From Cercozoa sp. M6MM (taxonomy: Eukaryota; Protista; Endomyxa: Ascetosporea): DNA of 64,000 nucleotides. How positions within the stretch are numbered: position 1 is the first letter of the stretch; each line of letters starts with the position of its first letter. Below the pieces are notes generated by a model. The model searched no databases. It had not been told where the DNA came from and was given only the letters and a program-made list of their open reading frames with translations. Location of the stretch: NCBI GenBank assembly GCA_040357565.1, contig JBDODJ010000051.1. The stretch is one strand, 5' to 3'. Positions 34,366 to 47,654 of the stretch are shown here, piece by piece. The position numbers were made by a program, and so were the translations under genes.

Positions 34366-37011
34366 GTTATGTTATGTTATGTTATGTTATGTTATGTTAT
34401 GTTTGTTATGTCTGTGAACAGCGAAAGATTAGCAAAGCATCTGCTCAAGTTCCTGCCGCGGTCTGGTCGACAGGTAAGATCTTCCCCTGTGTGTACACTC
34501 TTAAATGTGCTCACTTGTGTTGATGCAGGATGAACTCGTGGTGTTGGCGCGTTACATTTTGCAGCAATGTGGCGTCTCTGTGCTTGGTACCCTCCTACCT
34601 ATGTGTTCTGTTGTACAAGCACACGTGTCTCTTGGTACAGAGGAATCGCACGACCTCTTCTTGGCCGCTGCGTTGAACCGTGTCACCATTTCACTGTACT
34701 CTTGTTAGTCACACAGATACTCCAGCATGGTTTGTACGCGAACTGTTGACGTGTAGACCGCCTTCTTTAGCCGCCGCTCGCAGGAGAATGTACTACTTTC
34801 TTTCACCTGTCCAGTTGATGGTCACTTGATTGATAATAGATGCATTACTGTACTTGCAGAAAGATCGATTCGGCGACGGCTGCGGCAACGAAACTCGCCG
34901 TGCTCGCCTCGCGAGGTGCGTTCCTCCTCAGTCCCTCACGCTGTCTTTTTTTTTTGTCACTTCAATTTTGCTTTCGGAAACAGAGGAAGGCGCGGACGAG
35001 TGGTTGCGAGTCGCGCTGCGCTGCCTGGATCAGCCGTTGAATGCTCTGTGGGACCACTCGGACGACAGCTCGAATGACGGCACGGATCCGGACTGTCGGC
35101 TAAGCATTGAGAATGCCAATGATGCCGCTATTGCTCACGCAGAACTCGAGTAGCTCGTACTTTACTCAACGAAACAAAATACTTAAAAGTCGTCGATCGA
35201 TCCGATCGGGTTGCGTAATTTAGAGGCAGTGGTGTGACCCTTGAGTATTATGATACGCCGGCACGCTCTTGCGCACGTGCGCTCGTCGTTCTGTCGACTT
35301 CTGACGGCGCAGGATGTGCTGCAGCACGTGGCCCAAAATGTACGTCCAGTGTTGGTCATAATCTAGTGTGCCGTACGGACTCGGGTCTTTGGTTTGGGCA
35401 GAAAACCGTCCCAAACTACGTGGCCTCGGCAGATGATGTACTGAACCTGGACCGCCAGGTGTTGTGTGGGTTCTACCGCGACGCGCAGCTTGAGAGCGAG
35501 TTGCTGGAACAGCTGCCGGCGTTGTGCACAGTGACCAACACGATGCCTGCCCTCACTGGTACAGTTAGTACGTTTTGTATTAAATTCGTTTGTCGAGTGA
35601 GCGATGTAGGACAAGTGCACAACAACGCACCGTCGATTCCGTCGTTTTTGGCCGCACTCGGAGCCTCTCGTATCAAAAATAGTGATGCCGCGCTTTGCTG
35701 GATCTATTGCACTATGGATTTGCAGAAACTCACCGCTCATTTGCGGAGTTTGTGGAATACCTGGCTCTCTTTGACGTGGACAACTTGATTGCTCGGTTTG
35801 TTGTTTGTGCCGAGTTCTGAGTATTCGTACCGATACGTGTGGCGTGTTGTACAGAGGTGTTTCTGTGTCGAGTTCGAATATCTTATGCCTGCTGCCGGTA
35901 GATTCGAATTTCGTTGCTGTCCTACGCTACTCTTGATGTTCTTGTTGGAATGTAAATACAGTCGAACCTGCTGCCGTCGGTTATTGCGCAAGGTCTGGTG
36001 CTTCTCGCACACGAACTAGGTAGCTTTCTACTTCAGCAGAGTGTTTGACAAAGTCACATCTGTTGATATAGACCAAGAGGCGTGGAGCGAGCAGGCAGAG
36101 CAAGTTCGAGAATTCATCCGTACTGCTTTTTATTTTGACTTGTGTTTCTAGCTGTATCCGACCTATCAACTACAGATGTGCACGTTTTCGATACGCTGTT
36201 TGACTACGAAACTGCAAAATCAGTTGCGCCTATTTGGGTATCTGGAATGCTTGATGTTATACTTTTGAGCACAGAGTCACGCTGTTTTTGCGCCTTGTAG
36301 GAACGAGGAAATTGGCAGAATGAAACAGAAACAGACCGACATTTTGAGGAGTTTTTGGAGCACGGACCTCTGTTTTTGGTGCACCCAAATGCTTTTTCAA
36401 TCCATGCCTGTCGAAGCATTCATGCGTGCTTTTTGGTGCTTAGACGCGAGTAGCGCAGCTTGTGGGCGTTTTCAACGCCACTGGCGACATCAGGTATCCG
36501 TCTGTAGATGATGGTCGAGTTTTCTTTCTCAGGATTTTGCCAACAGGTGTCTGCGAGCATTGCTGCGAATCGCTGCCGAAGATGATGCTGCTCCAGCGTA
36601 TAAGTGCACTTTGCATGGGCAAGCGCAAACAATATTTTCTTACAGAGAGGCAGCGCAAATCAGCGATGACGCAGCAGGGGCGCTATTTCTGGCGTTGCAA
36701 AGCGACCCAGAAATGTCGCAGCGACTCGCAGAGGATTCTGACTTGCCATCACAGCAGGCCACCTTGCTCGCCAACATCATGCGGGAAATCACTGCTGACA
36801 GCAACCAAGTCAACGAGAACGCGCCACAACTCTACTTTTCTCTGTGCGGCCTCCCGTCCGACGTCCGAGTGCAGCAGCAGTGGGCTCAGTGGTACGAGCA
36901 ACGCTTCTGTGCCGAAGCGGACGCCGAGTTCCGCGCCATTGAGCGCGAGTCGCTGGGACATTTGCTCGAACTCGCGGATGATGTGGAGGACTCCGACTCT
37001 CTCGCACAGTG
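29706..37011 (+). CDS. Large Leu-rich helical (HEAT/ARM-like) hypothetical protein, many short exons; may be more than one gene
   Basis: Dozens of Leu-rich exons separated by 45-70 nt GT-AG introns; acidic loop ~34065-34140; terminal exon to ...EDSDSLAQ*. Confidence 0.55.
34270..34410. repeat. Compound intronic microsatellite (TG)n + (GTTAT)n
   Basis: Direct observation. Confidence 0.97.
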
Positions 37012-37395
37012 ATTACGAATTCGACGTACGGTACACCCGAGTCTCCGTCAGTCTGGTCAAAGGGCGGATTGGCTGGGCGTTTTTGAACTGCATGTAGGCG
37101 TTGTGGGCCTTCTTAAGTTTCCTTGACGAACTGGTTATTAACCCTTGGGTTTCTAGCATGTGTAGGTAGTTACTGTACCCCCTAGCATGTAGATAGGCGA
37201 GGTAGCTACTGTACGATACCCCCCCCCCCCCAGCATGTTACTTATTTAATCTCAGACGATCGCGTCGGATGTGTATTCGATTTTCCCCTGCGATGATGAA
37301 ACGAAAGACCAAAGAAAATTAAAGTAAACGCCTTGTAATACGAGCTAGTCGACAGTAGGAGTCGTTAGGTCGTTACACCGTGCCGCCAAGGGCGG

Positions 37396-40121
37396 TTAGG
37401 CCTTACTTTGGAGTCGCATCATGTCAAAGTAGCTGTTTTGAAGCAGCGCGACCTCTCCGCGTATTCTCGTCAGCTCGATTTCGTAGTCTTCGCATTTCTT
37501 GCTGTACTCTCGAAGCTCAGCTCGCATACCCTACAGTAAATCCCCCACCAAGGTTAGATAGTTCACCACGCCTGGGCAACAGTATCAGTCTATTAGATGA
37601 TACCTTGTGCTGAGCACGCTTATCGTGCCAAGCTTGCACGTACAGTCGCAGTTGTTCGCGCGCTTCGTGACCAGGTTGCTTTGCGATGACTTTTCGCAGT
37701 TCAATATAGTCGGCTTCCTTGCGTACGAGTCGTTTTTCCGCAGCACGGAAATCGCTGTCGTGACGCACCAGAGCACGTGTGAGCCGACCCGACCTGCGAA
37801 TCAAGTCGTAGCGCTGCTCGTCTTGATCGCGCAGCTTGCGCCATCGATGAACATTGAGGGGACGGTTTAGTTCTTCGCGGAGTCGCTGCACCTTCAATCT
37901 CATACTCGTCACCTGGGTTTGCAAAGAATCACGATGCTCGTTGAGTTTTCGAAACTCGGAGAAGTGAGGATCCATCTGCTCGTATTTGTCGCTCAACTCG
38001 TCTCGCTTGACTTCCAATGCAATCAGTTCGCGCTGCTTCTCGCGAAATTGTGCTTCACCCTTCATGAAGAGCGACTGTTGTAAACGAAGCTTCTCGTAGC
38101 AGTCACCAAGTTCTGAGTCGCGTGCGTTGAGTTGCACCAGGAGAACTCGAATTTCGTTCTCCACGAGTTTTAGCTGTTGTTCTTCGTGAGCGTGTTCAGT
38201 CTGCCCTTCTTTCAAAACGTCGCGCATGCTACTTATGGCATGCGTACGATCTCGTGTCACTTCTTGGGCTTGTCTCATTTTGTCTTTAAGCTCTTGAAGC
38301 CGCTGCTGAAGTGAGTTGATTTCGCCGTTGATTCGCTCGACTGCAAAGTGCTCGCTAATAAAACCAGCGTCCTTTTCGTTCAATTCCTGTTTCGTGAAAG
38401 CTATTTGCTGCTTCAAATGCTTGTGTTCGAGCTCGTATCTCGATTGTGACGCTCTCTGCTGGACCATTTGCTCAAGGTATTGATCCCTGAGAACACAAGG
38501 GACGTTCCACACATATATCCTTCGAGCAAGGTCGGTGTCGGTACCGATCCTTGCGCAGAGCATCGACAAGTTGACTCTGTTGAGAGAGCTGTTTGTTCTT
38601 TTCGTCGATCAAGTGTGTTAGCTTTAATTGATCCGATTCACACAGACGCATGCGTTGCTCGGCTTTGGCGAGGCGGACATCCATGACAGCCTCTTCTTCT
38701 TCCTTCTGAAGAATGTTGTCTCCTTCTTCCTCCAGCGCAGTGGCCAGCTGCTGACACCCTCGTGTGGCATTCCAAAGTTCTCGCTGGAGAGAGCTCTGAA
38801 TATTCTTGCCCATTCGAACGCGTGTTGCTTGAGCTTCAAGTTCGCGTACGGCAACGCTCTGTGCATCTCGTGCAACAGCTTCGTCGCGTATCACTGTGTT
38901 CAACCTTCGTTCCAGCTGTGTCGCCGCAGATTCAACTTCGTGAAGGTCGCTTTGGGCTTGCGAACTTTGTTTTGAGAGTTCCTTTACGGAGACACTCAAG
39001 CGAGAAAGTTCTGCATCCAACTTGCCTGTTGCTCGAACCATGAGACTTAGCGCCTTTCGCTCCACTTCGAGTTCTTTCCTCACCTTTCGTTGTACCGATT
39101 GTCTTGCGGCTTTTTCTTGCTCAAGCTGCTTCACATCTTCACGCGCCGCAGAGAGATTGACACGGAGTTCCGAGTTCTCGAGCTCTAAGCCCTCCTTCTC
39201 TTTCGACACGAGTTGTATTGAGGCGCTGACGTTCGTCTTCTTGTTTTGTATCTCGATGAGCTTGCCACGAAAGTCGACGAACTGTGTTTGGAGACGTTCC
39301 TGAGCTTCGACGGCTTCCGTCCTGTCGCGATTCAACTCGTCGATAGTACGAGCCAATTCTTCGGCCCGAGACTCAAACTTCCGTAGCAGTTGCACATCCT
39401 TTGGGATCACGGACTGAGCTTTTCGCAAGTCTGCCTTGAGCAAAGCTAGGTCGCTGCTTAACTTTGCGGACTCTTCTTCAAGATTTGCCACTGCGTCGGC
39501 CCTCTTTTTAAACAGCACGCGCGCTTCGGTCAACAAGCTACGCTGAGCATCACGGCTGGCAGCTGCCTGCTTTTGCTCTTCTTCAAGAGCTTCGATTTTC
39601 TTACTTCCTTCTCGCTCGAAATCCTCGTGGCATTTTTCATGTTGTGTTTGAAGGTCCACCAACGACTTTCGCAGGTTCGAAATGTTGTCAAGTGTGCCGG
39701 TTATTTCTTCGCTCATCTGAAGTTTCTTGTCCCCAATGTTCTTGCGCTCTTTCTCTGCGTCTGCAAATTCCTCGTTTATGGACGCAAGCATTGCTTTACA
39801 CTCCTCTTTTTGCTTCTGGAGTGATTGTGTCAGATCCAACAGCTCACGGCACTTCGCAACAAAGCGTGACTCCGAGTCGTGCGACTTGCGAAGTGCGTTT
39901 TGAAGCTTCTCCATCTCGCGCACATACAGTCCAAGTCGCTGGGAGGTGCTCGGGTCACGCACTGTGACGACGAAGCGTTCTTCGATTTCGCGTATTCGCA
40001 GTAACTCATCTTCGCCGATCTGCGAGGTCGATACCGAGGTGCCAGTGGCGAAACTCGAACGTGTTCCGGAACTGCTTTCACCCGAAGGGTGCGCGACAGA
40101 GCGCTCGCCCTCTGCTGACAT
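37396..40121 (-). CDS. CFAP58: Cilia- and flagella-associated protein 58-like coiled-coil protein (2 introns; first 38487-38544)
   Basis: LREELNRPLNVHRWRKL and YIELRKVIAKQPGHEAREQLRLY match the CFAP58 C-terminal signature; long coiled coil. Confidence 0.85.
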
Positions 40122-41270
40122 GCGTTGCTGTAGTGTGCTAGTGAAGCTTTACAGCGCTAGAAGTTTCAAACTTTAGTCAGTCCGAGCATTTCTTCCCTTC
40201 AGAGAAACGCTGAAGGGGGAGGGGTGCCTTCTGTCGGTCGACTTAAAAATACTTATTAAATGCCCTCCCTCCGTCGTTTATTATACAGCAACAGTCAGTT
40301 ACCGTCGGCTATTTTAGTACGCAAGCTTGTACGCGATTAATGTGGCAAAGGTCAGCAACGAGAGGACGTGAAAGCCGACATCTGAAAGGAAGCACACCAA
40401 GGAGGCAGCTATATCAGCCATAAATATAAGAACAATATTTTACATACCAATCAACGCTGCAGTGCAGTGGTTTTTTCGGTCGCGCATCGGCCAAATTGCA
40501 TCAACGAACTTGAAAGCAACGTCGACGACTGCGAATCCTCCCGCGAGAGCAAACGGCGATGCCGTCGTTGAGGCAGCCTGCCCGGAACGCAGTTTTTAAT
40601 TTAAAGACAATTTGTTGCAGTTTAAAGTGTTTTACTGTGACAGCGAACGCCTGGAACGCCACTGCATGAGCGACAAGAGTGCAAATATTGTTCTTCTTGC
40701 GGTACATGTGCCGAATCTTCAGTTTTTCCGGGCTCTGTTTTCAGTATCCACTTTGATCTCATATCTACGTTTTTAACCATCCACTTGAAACTGAAGGGAG
40801 CCTACGTGAGCTGCGCGGTGCCAAGCATTGTGAAGCAGCAAGTGATACCAAACATACGCAATGCCCATCGTGCATGTCGGAGCAACCAAGAATCCTACGC
40901 ATCGCAATCACCGATATCTAGAAGACTGTGATGCAGTTTAAGTTTTGCTTTTCAGTTGCTAAACTGAAAGCGATAAATTTACTGTACATTTACCGGGAAG
41001 AGGGAGCAGAGACGACATTCTCGAGATTTACTGGAGAGATGGTGTACTGTTCGGGACTGCAACGCGAGAGTCAGCGTTAAATGCTACCATTCAGTTTCAA
41101 CAGCCTTGTTTACTAGTTTTTTTATATTTCCACTCCAGGTGTGCAAGACGGGGTTGGCACGTCGTTGATCTCGCTGGAAACCGAATAAAGCAATTTTAAT
41201 GACAAACATGAAATTGAATTAAAGAGTTTTGGAATGCAGATTATCCTAAGGGCTTGAAGGTGATTGCTTT

Positions 41271-41476
41271 CTCCTGGGAGGTTTCATAAAAGCTCAATTC
41301 AATTGTTTCTCCTGGGAGGTTTTCGTGCAATATGCTCGATGAATTTCACATTAGCCCATCTCGAAACTGTCGATGACATGCGAGGTTGGTGATTTGTTGA
41401 GATATCGCGAGTATTTAATCGAAGAAATAGCGATGTTGATTTAAATTTAAAGCTCTCATGAAAAACCTCCCTGGAG
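41271..41476. mobile_element. Possible decayed MITE
   Basis: CTCCTGGGAGGTTT at 41271 and 41309 (direct) and an imperfect inverted copy at ~41451-41476. Confidence 0.35.
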
Positions 41477-41878
41477 TTGAACCAGTGCGGCAGTTTGGTC
41501 AGTTGGAGAGAAACGTTGCGGAAGTCTCCGCCAGACGTACCACAACTGACGCTAAAGCGTGTGCTAGGAGAACCCACTCAGACGTTGGCTTGGAATATTG
41601 TTTGCAATCGCGACTCAGTTTCACTTCGGTTCTTCGGGAGCTTTTCTTCTTGAATTACGGAGTTTGTGCGATATCCGAATCGTGAAAGGAGGACAGAAAT
41701 CCGGCGATCTTTGAACGGTCAGTTAGTGTGACAACGACAAAGCGACTGTCTCTCGTCTGGCTCCAAAGTGGTACCCCCTGAAACATCCAGTTTTTACCAG
41801 TGAGTTTCGCGAAACGGCGGTTTCAGACTCAACTTGAACTGACACAGCTTGGGTGAGAGGGTATGGGATTGGTGTAGA

Positions 41879-44800
41879 ATGCTGCTCATACTCTCGTTGC
41901 TGCTGGTGCATACAGCACAGGCGCAGTCATGCAACTGTGCCGACACGTGTGCAATTCGCACGGACAATGTGATGATCCCGACGCACTCAGCGACGTGCCT
42001 TGTCGATGCTGGTTGTGCTGAAGGCACCGCGCTGCCCAACGGGTCCAGCTGGCGCTTTTGCGGTGTCTAAGCCTCTAAACTTCCTTGAGTTCTGGCATAA
42101 GCCTATTTTTCGCTGGCAGGTCTAAGCGCGGACACTGAGCGTGCCGCGTGTGCCTGCAGTGATTCCTTTAGCGGACCGGCCGATGTATCCGAACGCGGCG
42201 CCTGCAGCACTCATGGTTTTGGCAATGATGAGGTAAACTTACTTCTTAGCTCAAGCCTAGACTAAGCTAAACTTGACAATAAATCAAACGAATTCATAAT
42301 CTTACGACGACAAAGGCCGACTGGTGCTATGTCTGGGCACCCGGGCAGTGCAGCAGCGCGGCTTCGTCCGGTTGGCGAGCAGGTGCCGCCTGGCGCGAGG
42401 TAAATTTAGCTCACTTGAATGACTGTTACATTCTAACAAAGCAGTGATGTTTAGTGTGATCCGATACTGGAGCAACCTCCGGCTCAAGCTCATGACGGCG
42501 GCAACAATGGCAATGCCGACGATCCTGTAGTTTAGACTGCTTTCTGTCGATTATATTCTCATCATATCGAGTCAAGCATTGAATCCTGCCTTTTCCCAGT
42601 GTCGTTGCGTCTCGCAATCGGACCCTGTGGCCAATGGAATTCTCCTACAGCAACGCTTGGGTACAAAGAAAATTGAGATTATATCAGTATCAAAAGATAG
42701 GGTTGGTTTTGGTACGTGCAGGATGCAACTCGCATGCTACGGGCACGCTGCCCTTCTGCTACGTGAAAGGCTCGGCCCAAGAGTGTCCGACTGCTGTCGC
42801 AAGTGCGTGGATTCAAGGTACTCTATTATGGTACCCCTACTTGTGAGATAAGCAAGTTCAATATTACTTTAGGCATTGCATGGCGCAACTGCAATCCTGC
42901 GATCGACAACGGTGGCAGCATCAGTACAACAACGGCAACAACGACAACAACGACAACAACAGCGACAACAACAACTGCTGCTCCCGTCAGTTTACTTTTG
43001 AGTTATTCCCTTGGGAGGGGGTAATACTAAGCGTATACAGACAACACCTCCAACAAACGATGCCTGCACGTGTTCCTCGGAGGCACAACCCTTTAGCAAC
43101 GGAATCGACATTCGTCCGTACCCTTGTTTGACCCCCTGTTTCAAGTATACAACGGAAACACGTATTTGGTAGACGCGTGGGTTGTGCGAGTCACACAACA
43201 GGCGTGCTGCCCTTCTGCTACGTGCAAGGTACGCAGTGTGCCGCTGCTTCTGCCTCTGGGTGGAGACAGGGCACCTTCTGGCGCAACTGCGACCCTGCGG
43301 TGGACAATAATGGCGGCAACAACGGCGGCGGTAATAATGGAGGAGGCAATAATGGAGGAGGCAATAATGGTGGTGGTAGTAATGGAGGTAACTGCGACAC
43401 GCGCTACCGTCGTCAGTGGCGTCGACTGTCGTCGCAGCAACAAATCGAAGTGGTCGACACAATTCGCGACTTCCGACAGCGCGGCGATTGGGCTCGATTC
43501 CAGCGCATCCACGCCTCGCTCAACAACGCACTGCAAGCACACGGCACCTCGCTCTTCCTGCCGTGGCACCGCTGGTTCGTGCACGAGTTCGAAAGCTCAG
43601 TTCGCAACCTCGACTCGCGATACGCTTGCTTCTCCATGCCTTACTGGGACTGGTACACCGTACGACACACAAACAGAGACAATTACTTTCTCAATTCTCA
43701 ATGAACTAATGAACTGCAAATAGGACTCTCGACGCAGGAAGTGAACAGTTCTCGCCGGTAAACTTTAGTTTTTGTTTGCTTTTAGTGCTTTAGTTTCGGC
43801 CAGAATTGACATGTGCGTCCAACTGCAGCTTTTCGCAAGCAGTGCTTTCGGCGGCAATTCATTCGGCGCATGCTCTGTAAACAATGCTGTCAATGAAACG
43901 ACATCTGTAAAGCACATACCATGCACGTACTCTTGATTGTAGACTGCCAGTTGGGCGGCAAGTCGCTGCGTAACACGCAACTTTAACAATGGCGTGCGTT
44001 TCGCCAGTGCCGGCGAGGTGGCCAATGTCATCACGCAGCAGACGCAGTGGCTCACGTTTGCACCTCGAGTCGAGTTGCAGCACAACCTGCCGCACGAGTT
44101 CATTGGTGGCGACATGTCGACTTTGTACCAATACCATCCAGGCTTTATTTCAAATCAATACTGATACAGTGCTTTCAACTGAGTAAACTGAATCCTGCTA
44201 CTTCCAAATTGAGTGAGTAAATTGCTAATTCTCAGTGAATCGGCCAACGACGTTCTGTTCTTCTTGCATCACTCGATGGTGGACATGCTGTTCGCACTGT
44301 GGCAGGTGTGTCACAGCTACGACGGGTTGGGTGGGCCCATTCTACTCTGTTGATTTAGTTAAACTACTACACGGTGTAAAGTAAGTTTACATGTGGTTTT
44401 GTAGAACCGTCGCAACTGACGCAAACGCACTTTGCCGCCTCCTTCAACGGCGGCACTGACGATCGAATCGATCGCGCCATGCCCTTCGCTTCGACCGGTG
44501 GTGAGGCCGGTTTGCTCGAGGTGACTCCGCGAGACATGTGGCGCAACGACCGCGACCCGCTCCGCGTGGTCTACGAAGGCGGCGATCTGCTGCGACATGC
44601 CACCATCCAGCGCATCTGCGGCACGCGAGTGGCCTCCTCGCCCTTCTTTGATGTCGCTTCACTTGGTAACACTGATCAATCTCTTTCAGTACTCACCTTT
44701 AACTGTGATTGTAACTTCCCAGGTGGACAAGTCTCGCGTGGTGAGGCACCCGAAATCGCTTTCTCACTCCGCTCAGTCGCAACTTTGTAAATTATCTCCT

Positions 44801-45280
44801 GCACTTTTTCGCTCTTTCCGTGGGCTTGTGTAAAATCAAACATGTGCACTTTCGGCAGTGAAACGGCGGCTGCGGCTACGTCATCAAGCGCTGAGATGGG
44901 AACGGTTGCTGCCATTCTGGCTCGCATCGACTGCAACGTTTTGGGCTCTGGTACCCTGCCTTTGTTTTCTTGTGAGTGAGTGGGAGGAATTGAAATTGGG
45001 TCCTTGAACAGAAGCTTTGATGTCGCTGAGTGAACATCGTGCTGCACTTATGCACATGACAAAGGAGGTACACAAAATCACTGTACCTTTTTGAGGCTGT
45101 GATATGTACTGTACCTTGCAGGAAATGGACGCGATGCTGACTGAGCACTGTCGAAAAGACTCGACCGAGATGCAGGTACTTGTCTCCGTTTGTCACTTAT
45201 GATACCGTAATAGTCCACTTTAATCAACCCTGGTACTCTTGTAGAGCATCATGCGACGGACAATTGATCTTGTCGAATAA
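41879..45280 (+). CDS. Secreted tyrosinase (type-3 copper) with four N-terminal Cys-rich repeats
   Basis: Signal MLLILSLLLVHTAQA; CuA RFQRIH..QAHGTSLFLPWHRWFV..PYWDW; CuB HNLPHEFIGGDM..SANDVLFFLHHSMVDMLFALWQ; Thr and (NNGGG)n linkers. Confidence 0.92.
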
Positions 45281-45472
45281 ATTACAAACTGAACTGACGG
45301 AGTCAACTGACTTATCAACATGAAAGCTGGCATACTGTGAGACACCGGAATGACTAAACGCGTACCACGCGCCAGGGAGCACTTTATACTTCAAATTAAC
45401 TGTGAACTTAAAGCTAGTATAGCTAGTACTAGTACCGACCTGTCCCGATAAACCGGGCCGACTCTAACTGCT

Positions 45473-47464
45473 TCAGTATAACGGCACGAGCTGCAGTGTA
45501 ATCTGTAGCGTCGGTTCGAAGGGCGGTTCCAGTCCACGCGCGAAAGCATCTTCGTCGGTCAGACGACGCGTGAGTGTCTGAAAAGCTTCGTTGTCGCGAT
45601 AAGTCCAAGTGCCCCAGTGGAACACGGCTTCGTGCGGTCTGCTGGGACTGATGATATGTAAGCAACCGTCGCTGCCTCCAACCACGAGTTGTCCTGCATC
45701 TGGGAGTGCGAGAACACAGCGAGCAGCCGACGGAGTCGTGATGCAATTGATGATGGCACCTGAGTCACCATGCCACAGCGTCAAACCACGTCGACCGGTG
45801 CCCACGATGACGTTGTTGCAGTGACACAACTCGCGTGTCGACGGACTGCTCGTGCACCAGAAGGCAGAGTCCATCAGTTCACTTTCTTCCGAGTCGACAT
45901 CACTGACTCGAGTGGTCTGAGCCATCGTCAATCGCTCCGCGAGGAAAGGATCATCGACGAAACCGCGCGAGTTGAGTGCTTCTGTCAGCTCGTGTCCGGT
46001 GTAGCCGTGATACCGAAACGCTTCGATCGCGGCAACGAAACGTCCTTCGCTGAGCAAACCTTTCGCCAGATCGATTCCTTCTTCCTTCGCTGCTGCGCTT
46101 TCTTTTTTCTGAAAAACCGAGTATGACGCCATCAGTGCTGCTTTATTCAAGCAAAAGCACGAACTACCTTGTTCGGATCGCTTGACAGTTCAAACACGTG
46201 CGTGTGTGCCGAACGGAACGAGGCGATCACTTTGTCTCCTCTCTCCGAGAAGCATGCAAAGTCACATGATGCTGCTGGACTGCTCAAACAAACGTGTTCG
46301 TTACCAGTAGGAGAGATAGTGCAAGGTACAGCTTGGGATATCGCGTGCGTCGCCGACCAAACCGATGGTGCCACGGCAGCAAAGTGCGACACGAGCTGCG
46401 ACGCGAATCGAAAATGCGAACTGCGCCGTCATCAACAGCAGCAGCTATCTCAAAAGAGTGAGACGACGTTCGCACAGAGTTTATTGCTGCCTTTCGAAGT
46501 CTTCCTCCTGAGCAATTTCATTTTTTCCAACAACTTTCAGTTGCCCAAAATCAATCAGTCAGAAGTTAAAACGAGCGATTTTTGGGAAATTGAACAAAGC
46601 AAAACTAACCATTCTCAGACGCAGCAAAATGATTGACGACATTTTGATCTTCGGCATCGAAAATGGCCTCGATTCGTCCTGTTCTTCCATCCGCGCGGCT
46701 GAAGAAACTTGTTTGTTTGCAAACAACTTTGTCATGATAAGATAAATTTAAATTCACCAAACTGTTCCGTTGTCACATGCAAGAAGAACAACATTCTCAT
46801 CAAAAGAAGTGATATCGTTGACCCTGCAGAAAACACAGTCGTTTGAGGTTTAAAGCTGTTTAAAGACCAGAAAACAAAATGCCCATCAGTTGCAGCTTTC
46901 CACTTGGTTAAAGTTCCCGTTTCGAGCTCTGTTTCGACACTAATAGGGCCTCTATCTTAGATCAAAACTGTTAAAATCAAAGACATACAGAATGCCATCG
47001 AAATCGCCACTGAGAACGGTAGTTTCGCGAAGAAAGTCAACTGCATCAACCCCATGCTCGTGCTACAAGAACCTGGAAGATACGAGAGATGTTTGATGCT
47101 GAGGCAAAAGACAATTTACGGCGGTGTTCAGCGTTCCAAGGTTTAAATGTCGTGTGTCCAATGCGTCTGAAACACTCAGTTTTCCGTCACTCGAAGCAGC
47201 GACTCTAGAAGACAGGACTTTTCGTTGCTCAAATCGACTCAGTTTTGGTGTTTTTACAACAGAGGCGCCGTGCGGCGATTCAGCGCCAGTCGGTTGATTT
47301 TGCCTCTGTGGACTCTGGCCGTGCGAGTCAAACACAGTCGCGCTGACCACTGGAGCAAACGGCTCAGCCCACAACATCAAAAAGCACCTGGCTGGCACAC
47401 GAAAAAGACAAATCACCCAGTCAGACGGCAGCGAATGATCAAAACTGTCTCTTCGATTCAACAT
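45473..47464 (-). CDS. WD40-repeat protein with TPR-like insert, WDTC1/DCAF-like
   Basis: Exons VHRGKINRLAL, HEHGVDAVDFL..VLSGDFDG, EIAAAVDDGAVRIFDSR, FACFSERGDKVIASFRSAHTHVFEL, helix GIDLAKGLLSEGRFVAAIEAF, LVVGGSDGCLHII. Confidence 0.65.
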
Positions 47465-47654
47465 GCGTCTATTCTGAACTATTGTGCACAGTGTCACGTT
47501 AAACGAGCTATCGGCACGACGTCACTACTAAAATTACCACACAAGAGGTTGATTTACTTGACAACAAAATTGTTTTCTCTATCGCAGGCTACAACTACAG
47601 GGCAGACGCTTCGTTGATGTGACACGCTTTGTTGGATAGACTTTATGTTTTTAA

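Noticed and set aside
38472-38569. Overlapping long ORFs in CFAP58 suggesting a programmed frameshift
   Set aside because: A 58-nt GTAC...CAG intron (38487-38544, minus strand) joins the frames cleanly (KDR/DQY).
40330-41200. Possible decayed gene or transposase in the long intergenic region
   Set aside because: Only short stop-interrupted frames; no recognisable motif.
46100-46170. Frame change between ORFs 46147-46392 and 45473-46150
   Set aside because: Explained by a ~59-nt GT-AG intron.
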